This document shows positions 1 through 9,282 of a DNA stretch of 64,000 bases, piece after piece. Position numbers and translations under genes: made by a program. Each line of letters starts with the position of its first letter. The first letter of the stretch is position 1. This DNA is from Thermodesulfobacteriota bacterium (GTDB taxonomy: Bacteria; Desulfobacterota; Desulfobacteria; Desulfobacterales; C00003060), in NCBI GenBank assembly GCA_034189385.1, contig JAXHVD010000005.1, forward strand, positions 1 through 64,000, read 5' to 3'. A model generated the notes under the pieces. The model worked only from the letters and a program-made list of their open reading frames with translations, was not told the DNA's origin and searched no databases.

Positions 1-159
1 CGCTACCGTCTCGAGCTCCCCAGCGAAGAGCAACTGCGCCGGGAATTGGAAAGGGAACGTCGGTTGTTCGAAGAACAGGAGATCGGTCTTGGGGTGAAGG
101 AAGAGCGGCCGGGTTATGGTACGGCAGGGGGGCGAAGAGAAGACAGGCAGGACCTATGA
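1..159 (+). CDS. 3' end of DUF1016/YhcG (PDDEXK nuclease) family protein, partial at window edge
   Basis: Frame 1 reads RYRLELPSEEQLRRELERERR...DL*, matching the typical YhcG C-terminal Y.L.LPSEE.L..ELE motif; TGA at 157-159. Confidence 0.7.
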   Translation, partial: RYRLELPSEEQLRRELERERRLFEEQEIGLGVKEERPGYGTAGGRREDRQDL

Positions 160-300
160 CCCAGTGAAACCGGGATGTGGATATCTGAATGATGAGACAA
201 GTGATGGTTCGGATTCAACCTATGATCAGATAACGGGGCAGATCGTTAACATGATCGGCAAACCGAATAATTAATATTTAAGATCTGACCCTGGGCTTTT

Positions 301-698
301 GCCTCTTATGTAAATCGCATCCCCCAGATTCGCCACCCCTTAGGTGGCGAATTATTGTTGAATGAGAAAGGCCACCCGATAGGTGACGAATTCGCAGAAG
401 GCTTCCATCCCGACCTGAGTTGGTCTCATTACCGAGCCTTAATGCGCGTCGAGAACGAACAGGCGCGATCCTTTTACGAGGTTGAAGCCGCCCAAAACCG
501 TTGGAACAAAAACCAGCTCGAGCGCCAGGTCAACAGCCTACTTTTTGAGCGTTTATCAAAGAGTCGTGACAAGGAAGGCGTCCTGCAACTGGCCAACGAG
601 GGTCAGGCCGTCCATAAGCCGGTGGATGCCATCAAAGACCCCTATGTTCTTGAATTCCTAGACCTGCCGGAAACCCACCGATTGGTAGAAAGCGATCT
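301..698 (+). pseudogene. Internal fragment of a second DUF1016/YhcG gene, truncated at both ends
   Basis: LSWSHYRALMRV..ARSFYE.EA....W...QLERQVNSLLFERL...IKDPYVLEFLDL motifs; similarity stops at LVESDL where IS30 sequence begins. Confidence 0.8.
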
Positions 699-880
699 CT
701 CTCAGGGGATAACCGGCAACGCTTAAATGACTGATGACATATCTCTCATTTTCTGTAAGATGGGTGTAGGGCATGGCAGGCTCCTTCTGAGTGTAAGGTT
801 GGTCGTGCTTCCTACACTACCAGAAACCCTGTCATGTCCTCTAGTTATCTTAAATGGTGCACTTTGAAGTAGAATTCACT
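692..880 (-). mobile_element. IS30-family remnant (one end plus first ~28 codons of transposase)
   Basis: Minus-strand ATG at 774 after AGAAGGAG gives MPYTHLTENERYVISHLSVAGYPLREIA, the IS30 N-terminal HTH start; IR-like TGAATTCTACTTCAAAGTGCACCA at ~855-878. Confidence 0.7.
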
Positions 881-1094
881 CCTCTTGAAGTGGAACCCTT
901 AATCATCAGGCGTATTTTATCGTTTCTTCTTTCTGACCGTAGGTGGCTTATCACTGCCATCATTGCTTTAGGTATCCTTATTGTCGGTTTCGTCCGTCTT
1001 ATGAAATAATAGGCATATTGAAATGGTTGGCCCTATGTACCAAAGAACATCATACCAATCGAAATTGCCCATGATTCATCTCCTTGGTAATTTA

Positions 1095-1150
1095 TTACAA
1101 CTCACTCCACCGGACCCCGAAAGCGGGTCCGGTGACTTCGGGCGTTCAAA
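1095..1150 (+). repeat. attC-like site (degenerate)
   Basis: Hairpin CACCGGACCC-loop-GGGTCCGGTG ending in GTTCAAA just upstream of a gene. Confidence 0.55.
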
Positions 1151-1181
1151 TGATAGCGTCGATTCACCATAGGGAGTCAGG

Positions 1182-2426
1182 GTGAAAACGAAAAATGGAA
1201 GGAAAGAGGAGTATAAAGCAATAGGCTTTGCGGAGGATGTAGTGATGCACGCTGCTTCTACCGACAGAAAAACGTTGAGATTCTTGACTTTGAATACTTG
1301 CCAGTACTCCTTCCTTCACTTCATTCTTAAACGCTTTATAAAACCAGTAAGGAATAAAGCCTTTTCACGTTTTGCTGTCCCTTTTAGTATTGTCTCTGTT
1401 TTAATTGGAGTCCTGCCTGTTCTCTGGTGTTTTGTCTTCTCTCCCGCTCGATTCTGGCCGCCATCGACCGGGAATCGCCTCTATTTGCTCCGTGATTTTA
1501 ACGTCACTTTTGGATACATTGTACTCCTACCGCTGCTAATTGCCTTTCTGGTCTGGGAGTGTTCGCTGATACCACAACGTCTCACAATGCTCGTTGAAGA
1601 CGGCATTCTCGAAACTAACAGCGACGCTGAATCCTATCTTTGTGATAAATGGTCCTCTTACTATCTGTTTGGAAACCTTTTAGGCCAGCTGGTTGGCCTC
1701 GCTGTCGGGGTTTTTGTCTCTTTAGCCATGTTCCACGGTATCCTCAACGGTGATGACTCGTGGCAAGCTGTTGATGGCCAGTGGATACTCCCGGGATTGT
1801 TTTTTCCTTTCATCCAAGTACCACTGATGTGCGTCGCTGTAACCCTTTACATCGTTCGGAGCATTGTGACGATTTCATTTCTGTTTGATGTAGTAAAAAA
1901 CTCCATGGTACATATACACCCATTTAGTGCCGACAATGCTGGTGGATTGAGTCCTATTGCAGTTTTTGGGTTACGTAACCAGTATGTTTTGGCAGCCGTC
2001 GGTATCAATTTAGCTCTCTTGCTTGACATAGCAAATCGGCTCACGGGCGGCCAGAGGCTCATTCCTTTGGCAATTGCTCTCTCATCTCTGTTTCTTCTGA
2101 GTGGTCCGGTTGTCTTTGCATTGCCTTTGGTTCCTTTTAGACGGGCGATGGCTGATAAAAAGAAGGAGTTGATGGAAGACATTGGACAGGCTATGCATAT
2201 TGTTTTTAAGAAGATTACTGATCTTGGACCCGATCAATGTTCCTTGCAGGACGAAATAGAAAAGCTTAAGAGGCTTACTGATGTCCAAAAAATGGCACGA
2301 GCAATTCCTGTTTGGCCTTTTGATACGGTTACGATAAGGTGTTTCGCAGTTTCGTACGTTGCCCCGGTCATAGCGTTTGTTGCCAATCCGGCCTTGCCAT
2401 ATCTCATAAATCTCATGCTAAAGTGA
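1182..2426 (+). CDS. Hypothetical polytopic membrane protein (gene cassette)
   Basis: 414-aa ORF with many hydrophobic segments, DNAGGL.P and PVWPFD motifs; AT-richer than the core genes; between attC-like sites; start uncertain. Confidence 0.7.
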   Translation: MKTKNGRKEEYKAIGFAEDVVMHAASTDRKTLRFLTLNTCQYSFLHFILKRFIKPVRNKAFSRFAVPFSIVSVLIGVLPVLWCFVFSPARFWPPSTGNRLYLLRDFNVTFGYIVLLPLLIAFLVWECSLIPQRLTMLVEDGILETNSDAESYLCDKWSSYYLFGNLLGQLVGLAVGVFVSLAMFHGILNGDDSWQAVDGQWILPGLFFPFIQVPLMCVAVTLYIVRSIVTISFLFDVVKNSMVHIHPFSADNAGGLSPIAVFGLRNQYVLAAVGINLALLLDIANRLTGGQRLIPLAIALSSLFLLSGPVVFALPLVPFRRAMADKKKELMEDIGQAMHIVFKKITDLGPDQCSLQDEIEKLKRLTDVQKMARAIPVWPFDTVTIRCFAVSYVAPVIAFVANPALPYLINLMLK

Positions 2427-2450
2427 TAGGGCATGGATACCACAAAGATG

Positions 2451-2513
2451 GGCCAACAAGGCTTTTGCAGCGGAGCGCAAAAAGCGCTCGCCCGCTGAAG
2501 AGCAGCGTTGGCC
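2451..2513 (+). repeat. attC site
   Basis: Perfectly complementary cores GGCCAAC ... GTTGGCC with inner TGCAGCGG/CCGCTGAA pairing; 63 bp. Confidence 0.85.
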
Positions 2514-2525
2514 GAGATACGAACG

Positions 2526-3062
2526 ATGATACGCAGGTGTAACAAGTCAGATACCGCCCGTGTGTGCGCCATCATCAACGATGCCGCAGAGGCATACAGA
2601 GGGGTTATTCCCGACGACAGATGGCATGAACCCTATATGCCCCTTGAGGAACTGGAAGAACAGATTGCCGATGGTATCGAGTTCTGGGGATTCGAGGAGG
2701 ACGGCGACCTCGTAGGTGTCATGGGGATTCAAGACAAGGGCGAGGTGACGCTTATACGCCATGCGTACGTGATAACCTCCAGACGTCACGCAGGCATCGG
2801 CACGCGGCTTCTGCAACATCTTGAAGCACTGACGGACAACCCCATCCTGATCGGGACCTGGGCCGCTGCGAGCTGGGCCATCCGGTTTTATGAGAAGAAC
2901 GGATATGTGCTCCTATCGCGGGAAGAAACCAATCGCCTTCTGCATCAGTTCTGGTCCATCCCTGAGAAACAAGTCGTCACCTCGGTTGTATTGGCGAATC
3001 GTAAATGGCCACGGCCAACCAAAGGCTCCACGAAATCGGCGCGTAGCTGCGGCGAATCGTGA
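2526..3062 (+). CDS. GNAT family N-acetyltransferase (gene cassette)
   Basis: RRHAGIGTRLL acetyl-CoA motif A and AIRFYEKNGY motif B; ATG 12 nt after attC. Confidence 0.9.
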   Translation: MIRRCNKSDTARVCAIINDAAEAYRGVIPDDRWHEPYMPLEELEEQIADGIEFWGFEEDGDLVGVMGIQDKGEVTLIRHAYVITSRRHAGIGTRLLQHLEALTDNPILIGTWAAASWAIRFYEKNGYVLLSREETNRLLHQFWSIPEKQVVTSVVLANRKWPRPTKGSTKSARSCGES

Positions 3063-3076
3063 GCGCAGCGTCACAC
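3013..3076 (+). repeat. attC site (right core degenerate), overlapping the GNAT 3' end
   Basis: GGCCAAC left core complements upstream GTTGGCC; CTCCACGA/TCGTGAG inner pairing; right core GTCACAC. Confidence 0.6.
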
Positions 3077-3149
3077 CATATGCTATCGTCCCAACCCCAG
3101 AACAACCAGGTGGAACAAGAACCAGAGCCCCCGAACCAATGAACCAATT

Positions 3150-3185
3150 GCAAAAAGCCGCGCCCGCTGAAAGGTGTCGTTATGA
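3150..3185 (+). repeat. Right half of an attC site
   Basis: GCAAAAAGCCGCGCCCGCTGAA...GTTATGA closely resembles the right arm of attC 2451-2513. Confidence 0.55.
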
Positions 3186-3214
3186 TTCAACAATGAATTG
3201 AAAAAGGTGGGATA

Positions 3215-3481
3215 TTAGAGGAGTCTTTTATAAATGTCCTTTCGGTGTCGAACTTTTACGACAAGGATAACAAGCCGATCTTCGAAAATTTGATAAACAA
3301 TACGGTAACTTGCAGTGCGAACTCTATGAAAAGGATTGTTGCCTTTCATTTTTGTAGTAGCCGGGTCAGGCAAATTTTCAGCAAGACCATCTATTTTCTT
3401 TTTAATCCTCCGCAGGTCTTTCTTTGGAAGCCGCTTCATGCTTTCCAAAACGGCAGGCCTGAACTCAACAGAATATTTCAC
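3215..3481 (-). CDS. relE: RelE/ParE family type II toxin
   Basis: 88 aa, basic; KMKG...HRVRTASYRIVYQI....LVILVVKVRHRKDIY. Confidence 0.9.
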   Translation of the reverse strand: MKYSVEFRPAVLESMKRLPKKDLRRIKKKIDGLAENLPDPATTKMKGNNPFHRVRTASYRIVYQIFEDRLVILVVKVRHRKDIYKRLL

Positions 3482-3484
3482 GGA

Positions 3485-3736
3485 TTAAAGCCCCAACTCC
3501 TTCCAGAGCTTTTCCGCCGGAATGTTTTTGCCCGGCTCTTCAAGAGCTTTCTTCGCATCTTCAATATCAATATAATCCTCAATAAGTTGAAGCAATTCAA
3601 GCTCTTCCATGGAAATAAGGGCAGCAATCTCTTGGCCCCGGCGGGTCAATACAACCGGCTCTTTTCCATACGCAACCTTGTTTACGATTTCTGCAAGTCT
3701 TTTTCTGGCTTCTGCCGTAGAAACTGTATGAAGCAT
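3485..3736 (-). CDS. Phd/YefM family antitoxin
   Basis: TVSTAEARKRLAEIVNKV...EPVVLTRRG..IAALIS motif; directly upstream of toxin; ATG after AAGGGG. Confidence 0.9.
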   Translation of the reverse strand: MLHTVSTAEARKRLAEIVNKVAYGKEPVVLTRRGQEIAALISMEELELLQLIEDYIDIEDAKKALEEPGKNIPAEKLWKELGL

Positions 3737-3750
3737 GGCAGCCCCCTTCT

Positions 3751-3795
3751 TGTACAATATGTACATAGCGTACACGACCTACGGCACGTTGTCAA
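3751..3795 (-). promoter_or_regulatory. TA promoter/operator
   Basis: TTGACA -35 on the minus strand (~3790-3795) and TGTACA palindromes at 3751 and 3760 plus CGTACA at 3769, resembling YefM-type operators. Confidence 0.55.
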
Positions 3796-3799
3796 GGAA

Positions 3800-3857
3800 T
3801 TATAACAAATCCCTGGTACCGACGGCTGATCGCCGCCGCACAGCTCAAGCGTTGGGC
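3800..3857 (+). repeat. attC site
   Basis: TTATAAC ... GTTGGGC cores, 58 bp, closing the inverted TA cassette. Confidence 0.7.
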
Positions 3858-4286
3858 AGAAAATCCGAGATAAGGATATCTTAGCTTTTCACAGAGGCGA
3901 TAAAATGGGTGAGACAATAAACCCGTTAGTCGATATCCTCCCGATACCAATTATTGTAGTTCTTTTGTTTTTGCATCCGCTTGGCTCATTAAGGTATTCT
4001 ACGGCTGGGACAATTATAGTCTTTCTTTCTTTGGGGTCGACCATGACAACGGGTTGAGATGCCACGATATGTTGCGGAAAATGGGCCATAAAACAGCCTT
4101 AGAACGCAATTTTTGATAGTGGAATTGGACTTCTAAGAATCAGGATACGTGTAGCATTATGCCAAGAGCAAATCGTCATTACGTGCCTGGAGAAGCTTGT
4201 GGTTAGGGTATTACAGAACAAGGGCTGAAGGCGACGCCGTGGCCCGCGGAATGGCCCTTAAGTCGACTGCCTTGACGCGCCTGCGG

Positions 4287-4416
4287 CGCAAACAAGTCAT
4301 TCGACGAGACAACCCCTCCTTCGTCGGGCCTGTCGCCTTGCCGTCGCTATTGGGCAAAGGCTTCGCGTTTTTCCCCTCCGCCACGTCGGCGGTTGCAGGT
4401 CAATTCGGCGTTATCT
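4287..4416 (+). repeat. Long attC-like site
   Basis: CGCAAAC-AAGTCATTCGAC ... GGTCAATTCGGC-GTTATCT, ~130 bp, 20 nt before the next ATG. Confidence 0.6.
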
Positions 4417-4436
4417 GACAACAGGAAGGAATAGAG

Positions 4437-5345
4437 ATGTTGACAGGTATTCACATTCTCCTGACATACAAGTGCAACCTTGAGTGTGATCATTGCTTCC
4501 TATACTCAAGCCCCCACGCTGAAGGTACCATGACGTTGCCGCAGGTTCGTAACGTGCTCGATGAATCACTGAAAATCGGCACCGTGAAATGGATATATTT
4601 CGAGGGGGGCGAACCACTTCTTTTTTATCAATCAATGCTTGAGGGGATCAGACTTGCTCGAGATATGGGATTCAAAGTCGGGATAGTGACTAACGCGTAC
4701 GGGGCGATTTCTGAAGATGATGCTGAGGTTTGGCTTCATCCTCTTGCGGAACTAGGGTTGTCTTGCCTCAGCATCAGCGACGATTCGTTTCACTACGGGG
4801 AGGCAGAAGACAGCCCCGCCAAGCGAGCGTTGGCGGCAGCCCGCAAGCTGGGCATCCCGACTTCCCCGATTTGCATCCAGAAGCCCTTTGTAGAAGCCAT
4901 ACCCGGCCTAGGACAGGATAGGGGAAGCCCTGTAATCGGGGGCGGCGCAATGTTCAAAGGAAGAGCTGTCGAGAAGTTGACGGCGGGATTACCACGAAGA
5001 CCCTGGCGCGAACTGACGCAATGCCCACACGAAGACCTGCAATCCCCTTCGAGAGTCCACGTAGACCGATATGGTCATGTCCAAGTATGCCAGGGTCTAA
5101 CCATGGGCAACATGTGGAAACGTCCGCTGTCAGCCCTTGTAGTCGACTACGAAGCTGACTCTCATCCCGTCTGCGGTCCTCTGGCCATAGGAGGTCCTGC
5201 TCTCTTGGCGAGACAATACGATGTGGACCACGAGGCAGAGTACGTTGACGAATGCCACTTCTGCTATCTTGTTCGCCGCGCCCTTGTCGATAAATTTCCG
5301 GAGTATCTTGCTCCAAGGCAGGTCTACGGACTTGAAGAGATATGA
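4437..5345 (+). CDS. Radical SAM protein (gene cassette)
   Basis: CNLECDHC motif, EGGEPLL, VTNAY; C-terminal ECHFC cysteines; AGGAAGGA RBS. Confidence 0.9.
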   Translation: MLTGIHILLTYKCNLECDHCFLYSSPHAEGTMTLPQVRNVLDESLKIGTVKWIYFEGGEPLLFYQSMLEGIRLARDMGFKVGIVTNAYGAISEDDAEVWLHPLAELGLSCLSISDDSFHYGEAEDSPAKRALAAARKLGIPTSPICIQKPFVEAIPGLGQDRGSPVIGGGAMFKGRAVEKLTAGLPRRPWRELTQCPHEDLQSPSRVHVDRYGHVQVCQGLTMGNMWKRPLSALVVDYEADSHPVCGPLAIGGPALLARQYDVDHEAEYVDECHFCYLVRRALVDKFPEYLAPRQVYGLEEI

Positions 5346-5352
5346 GGAACTC

Positions 5353-5428
5353 ACATAACAACAGAGTCAACCAGCCTTTCAATTCCGCTACGCTTCATTG
5401 AAAGCGGGTTACTCTCCGACGGTTACTG
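5353..5428 (+). repeat. attC site
   Basis: ACATAAC 7 nt after the stop (6/7 complement of upstream GTTATCT); long stem CTTTCAAT/ATTGAAAG; ends GTTACTG. Confidence 0.7.
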
Positions 5429-5464
5429 CCAAGGAAAAACCTGAAGGACCCATCGACCGGAACC

Positions 5465-5779
5465 GTGGTGCGTTACAACTGGATTGAGACAGGAAAGAGA
5501 ACCTTGGATCTGGTGGAGAGCGATCACAGCGCATTGCGGAACGATCCATCATACAGGGAAACGGTTGTGTATGGCAATGTGCTCATCGAGCACGACGTGG
5601 TGGAAAACAGCCAGGTCCTCCACTATGGTGGGGACAGTGGCGATGAACCGGGATTTCAAGACATGGCCGGCCAGGATTATAGCTTCCTGGATGTGAGCCG
5701 CTGTGTGGATGAAGGGGTTGACCTGCCCCCGAACTCTTGCCCACCCATGAAATCCGTTAGTAACGTTCAAAAGCGTTGA
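5465..5779 (+). pseudogene. Fragment of a right-handed beta-helix (pectate-lyase-like) protein
   Basis: VRYNWIETGKRTLDLVE..VYGNVLIE..VLHYGGDSG then jumps to a C-terminal-type PGF.D.AGQDY.....S.CVD.G segment; no N-terminus. Confidence 0.45.
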
Positions 5780-6237
5780 CTTAATGGATTTCTCGACAAC
5801 CAACCTCGAGATAGGGATAATCGCTTCTCTTCGGTATCCAATGCCGTTAGGTCGCCTATGCCATTTGTGTAGATGGCAATGGCTGTATGCCTGCGTTCGG
5901 CGATCATCCCTATCTCTCTAACTGCCTGCTAAGGCCTTTGCCTCAACTTTTGAACGTTACCAATCCGTTGTCAGTGCACAAAACATCAACGCTATAAAGA
6001 AAGGGCCGTTGACAACCATCTTGACCTCGGCGCCTTTGAAGGGTGATGCAGGCCGTTAAAAAAGCCCCGGGAGATGGGACAAGTTCTCGGGAAGGGGAAG
6101 GACAATGAGACCACAGGTTGCCCCAAGGATTGACAGGAAAAGCAATGATCGAATAATAAGGCGTCAGGTTATTATCGATTTTTTGAAGGTAAAAACATGA
6201 GAAAGCATAGCCACCACCTGCTAAGGAGGTCCTGGAC

Positions 6238-6648
6238 ATGGCCCAAATGACAGAACGAATGAAGGAGTTGTTTAACACTGTTTCTACCGTGGTCCTTTCC
6301 ACGTCAACGGCAGACGGCATACCCAACGCCGTTCCCGTTGGCGCAAAGAAGATCTTGGATAGTGAGACCATACTCATCTCTGATCAGTTCTTCAACAAGA
6401 CGCTAGCCAACATGAAAGCAAATCCTCGTGTCTCAGTGACCTATTGGGAGGGGCATGAAGGGTATCAGCTAAAAGGCACGGTCACGATTGAGACGAGCGG
6501 CCAACGTTATGAAGAAACGGCGCAGTGGATCAAGGAATTGAGCGTGAAGGTGGGATTTCCCCTTAAGTCCAAAGGCGCTGTTATCATAAGAATTGAAGAG
6601 ATTTATGGCGTCTCACCTGGGCCAGGCGCTGGGAAACAACTCGCATGA
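6238..6648 (+). CDS. Pyridoxamine 5'-phosphate oxidase-like FMN-binding protein
   Basis: LSTSTADGIPNAVP, FFNKTLANMKANPRVSV, GYQLKG; AAGGAGG RBS. Confidence 0.9.
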   Translation: MAQMTERMKELFNTVSTVVLSTSTADGIPNAVPVGAKKILDSETILISDQFFNKTLANMKANPRVSVTYWEGHEGYQLKGTVTIETSGQRYEETAQWIKELSVKVGFPLKSKGAVIIRIEEIYGVSPGPGAGKQLA

Positions 6649-7046
6649 AAACCGATCCCATGGCCGATGCCATAGGCTCCTTGTGATCATCGCCCGGGGG
6701 GATGGATCGGTGTAAGGTTGTCTGTAAAGCAAGGAGAGGCTTATGGATGAAAAAAGACCGACGTGCGTTGGCCCCTAGCCCTAGGTCCAGGGCCGTGAGC
6801 CCCGTGGACCATTGTTTCCTTGACACGGGGAGATATCTACCGTACTCTTTTATGAAATCGGTCCCCCATAGCCTTTTCTTGGGTTTGTTACCAATAGGAA
6901 GGGGTGGGATCGGGTACGCAAATTAGGAGCCTTATTTTGGGACGCGTTTGGAATCGATCCTTTGCCTTAGCGATGCGATTTTGCCGTTCAGTCCAAAGTA
7001 ACACCTGAGAAGCTGTACGAAAGAAGACGAAAGGAGGGCATTCGCT

Positions 7047-7247
7047 ATGGAAGAAGGAACTGTAAAGTGGTTTAGTGACCAAAAAGGCTTCGGTTTCATT
7101 GAGCGGGATGGGGACACAGACGTGTTTGTCCATCACTCAGCCATTAACGGATCTGGATTTAAGACACTGGCTGAGGGCGACTCGGTGTCTTTTGACGTAG
7201 AACAGGGTGCTAAGGGCCCTGCGGCAACGAATGTTACCAAGCTCTAG
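7047..7247 (+). CDS. cspA: Cold-shock protein
   Basis: GTVKWFS..KGFGFI (RNP1), DVFVHHSAI (RNP2), KGPAATNV. Confidence 0.97.
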   Translation: MEEGTVKWFSDQKGFGFIERDGDTDVFVHHSAINGSGFKTLAEGDSVSFDVEQGAKGPAATNVTKL

Positions 7248-7269
7248 CCGGGAGTTGTTCGACTAACAT

Positions 7270-7305
7270 GGGCATCTCGTCAGGACAAGACGAGATGCCT
7301 TTTTT
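7270..7305 (+). terminator. Rho-independent terminator of cspA
   Basis: GGCATCTCGTC/GACGAGATGCC stem followed by T-run. Confidence 0.85.
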
Positions 7306-7396
7306 CTGTGGTGAGATCAGGTTGTGAGGGTCATGGCTGTGAAAGGTGTGGAGTCTAATACATGAAAAACCAGAGCCGCAGGGCATGGAGGTAGGG

Positions 7397-7678
7397 ATGC
7401 GAGGTAAGAAGCTTTTTGTGGGAAACCTTAGTCATTGTGTGGCTGTTCCAGAAGAAACCGAGCAGTTGCGGAAGCTTTTTTCCGACTACGGAGAAGTGGA
7501 GGGGGTCAACATAGTCAAGGGAAAGCGTTATGGGTTTGTGGAAATGTCCAGCCCATCGGAGGCCGAAAAAGCCAAGAGAGAATTGAATGACTTCGAGTTC
7601 AACGGTTCCGCCCTGACAGTAAACGAAGTCCGACCCTCAAAACGACGACCAGGGGGGCGGGGTTACCGAAGATACTAG
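7397..7678 (+). CDS. RRM-domain RNA-binding protein
   Basis: KKLFVGNL (RNP2), KRYGFVEM (RNP1), LTVNEVRP and RG-rich tail; GGAGGT RBS. Confidence 0.92.
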   Translation: MRGKKLFVGNLSHCVAVPEETEQLRKLFSDYGEVEGVNIVKGKRYGFVEMSSPSEAEKAKRELNDFEFNGSALTVNEVRPSKRRPGGRGYRRY

Positions 7679-7834
7679 CCGGTGCCTATGAGTGACGTTT
7701 ACGGAGAGGTCGCAGCGTACTCCATTTCCGCCTTAAAGGGGAACCCCACGGAGTGCCTATGGATCCATAAGCCCTTTATGAATGGCGACCGTTTTATTGC
7801 AGCACCACGGCCGCGGGGACCAGAAAACAGCTTT

Positions 7835-8722
7835 TTACGGGTTCCCTTGCGGTGCAGAGGCCTTGTACAGAGGCATTAAGGCATCAAATAGGCCGGAAAT
7901 ATCTCCGGCTATCTTGCCGCCTCGGGCGATGGTATCGTCTTTACCTGTGGTCTTTGCGATCTGAAGATCAACGGAAGCAGTCGGGGGCAGGTCTTTTAGA
8001 AAGGCCCCCAAGGACGCCACGTTTTTGGCATCTCCGCCACTTTTCAGGCACCAGCATCCATCAGCCACCGTGATCTTTCCGTCAAAGGGCCTTTCATCTT
8101 CTTTTGTATCCTGGATACACAGATCGTACTTGCCTGCGATTTCTTTCAGCCACGATTCATTCTCCTCATCACTGAGCCATTCAACGAAGCCGTGCCAGTC
8201 ATCCTCGGCCTGGGATTCCTCGTCCGAGCGCTCTACGTGGAATCCGTAGTAGAGATTCTCCTTGTCCAGTCTAACAAAAAGTTTCGCATCAAGCCCCTGT
8301 GGGTCTCTGGGACCCTCAACGCCCGTCCAATGGACTTCAGGCGTTCCAAACACGGCCCTTGAGCTGACCTGGGGATCATCCGAGGTCAGCAGCGTGATAA
8401 CGGTGCCGCCGAGGGCCTTTTGCGTTCGCCACTTCGTGTCGGCCACGCTTCCGGTGAAATCATTCTCATGAAATCCCTCAAAGGGGGTGATGGTGAAAGA
8501 AGGTGCCTTCCGTCCCCTTGGCTTCTTGGCAGCCGTGGCCGCCTCAAACTCAAACCGTCTTCGTTCAAGGATACCCCTTTGAAGGGCCATAGTGGTTGTC
8601 ACTTCCTCGCCGCTTTCCCACTTGATGGCCATGGCGTCACTGCGCTCATCCAAGGAAAGGACCTCATAGATGCCCTTCTCATTTTCATATGTGCTGCCGA
8701 CTTGAAATTGAACTCTGTTCAT
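7835..8722 (-). CDS. Hypothetical protein
   Basis: 295-aa ORF with strong GAGGAGGAGA RBS; no family recognised. Confidence 0.75.
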   Translation of the reverse strand: MNRVQFQVGSTYENEKGIYEVLSLDERSDAMAIKWESGEEVTTTMALQRGILERRRFEFEAATAAKKPRGRKAPSFTITPFEGFHENDFTGSVADTKWRTQKALGGTVITLLTSDDPQVSSRAVFGTPEVHWTGVEGPRDPQGLDAKLFVRLDKENLYYGFHVERSDEESQAEDDWHGFVEWLSDEENESWLKEIAGKYDLCIQDTKEDERPFDGKITVADGCWCLKSGGDAKNVASLGAFLKDLPPTASVDLQIAKTTGKDDTIARGGKIAGDISGLFDALMPLYKASAPQGNP

Positions 8723-9081
8723 TGATCTCCTCCTCCTCAGCTATTTGAAAAGCGGTCAAGTCCTGGCTTGACCCGTGGGATCTTGGACCTCGGCTGCTCT
8801 GCCCATGCCGTGTCCACGAACCACCCCCTGGGGATAGGCTCGATCCGCCATTTCCTGAAGCCCACTTGTTATTGTAACTGCAAGAAAAAGCCGCAAAGGC
8901 CCTTTCCCGGCTCGTCTGCCCTCACGATGGGGGGGAAGGGCCAATCCAGACAAGGAAAGGGATGGCGGACCCCCTCCTGTTTGACCTCTCTTGATGTATG
9001 GGCTGGCCGGAGTCGTGTCAAAACACAAAGGGCACCCCACCTGCATGGATGAAATGCCCCGTTTCGGCTTCAAAACACGAC

Positions 9082-9282
9082 CTAAGCGACAGTTAAATTT
9101 ACAGAGGCAGGCCCTTTTACACCTCGCTCCACATCAAAGGTCACACTGTCGTCTTCATTGAGAGATTTGAAACCCGTTGCGTTGATCCCTGAATAGTGAA
9201 CCAACACATCGGGGCCATCTTTCTATTCAATGAAGCAGCAGCCCTGGGGGCCATTAAACCACTTCACCGTTCCGTTGGCTAT
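9082..9282 (-). pseudogene. Cold-shock protein pseudogene
   Basis: [65 protein letters not shown]; start mutated to ATA, TAG at codon 20, RNP1 degraded. Confidence 0.9.

Noticed and set aside
265..296. AATATTTAAGATCTGACCC as the end of a REP-associated transposase element
   Set aside because: Only a short resemblance; no second copy or transposase ORF visible
9223..9225. In-frame TAG in the csp copy as pyrrolysine or readthrough
   Set aside because: Start codon and RNP1 motif are also degraded; simple pseudogenisation fits better
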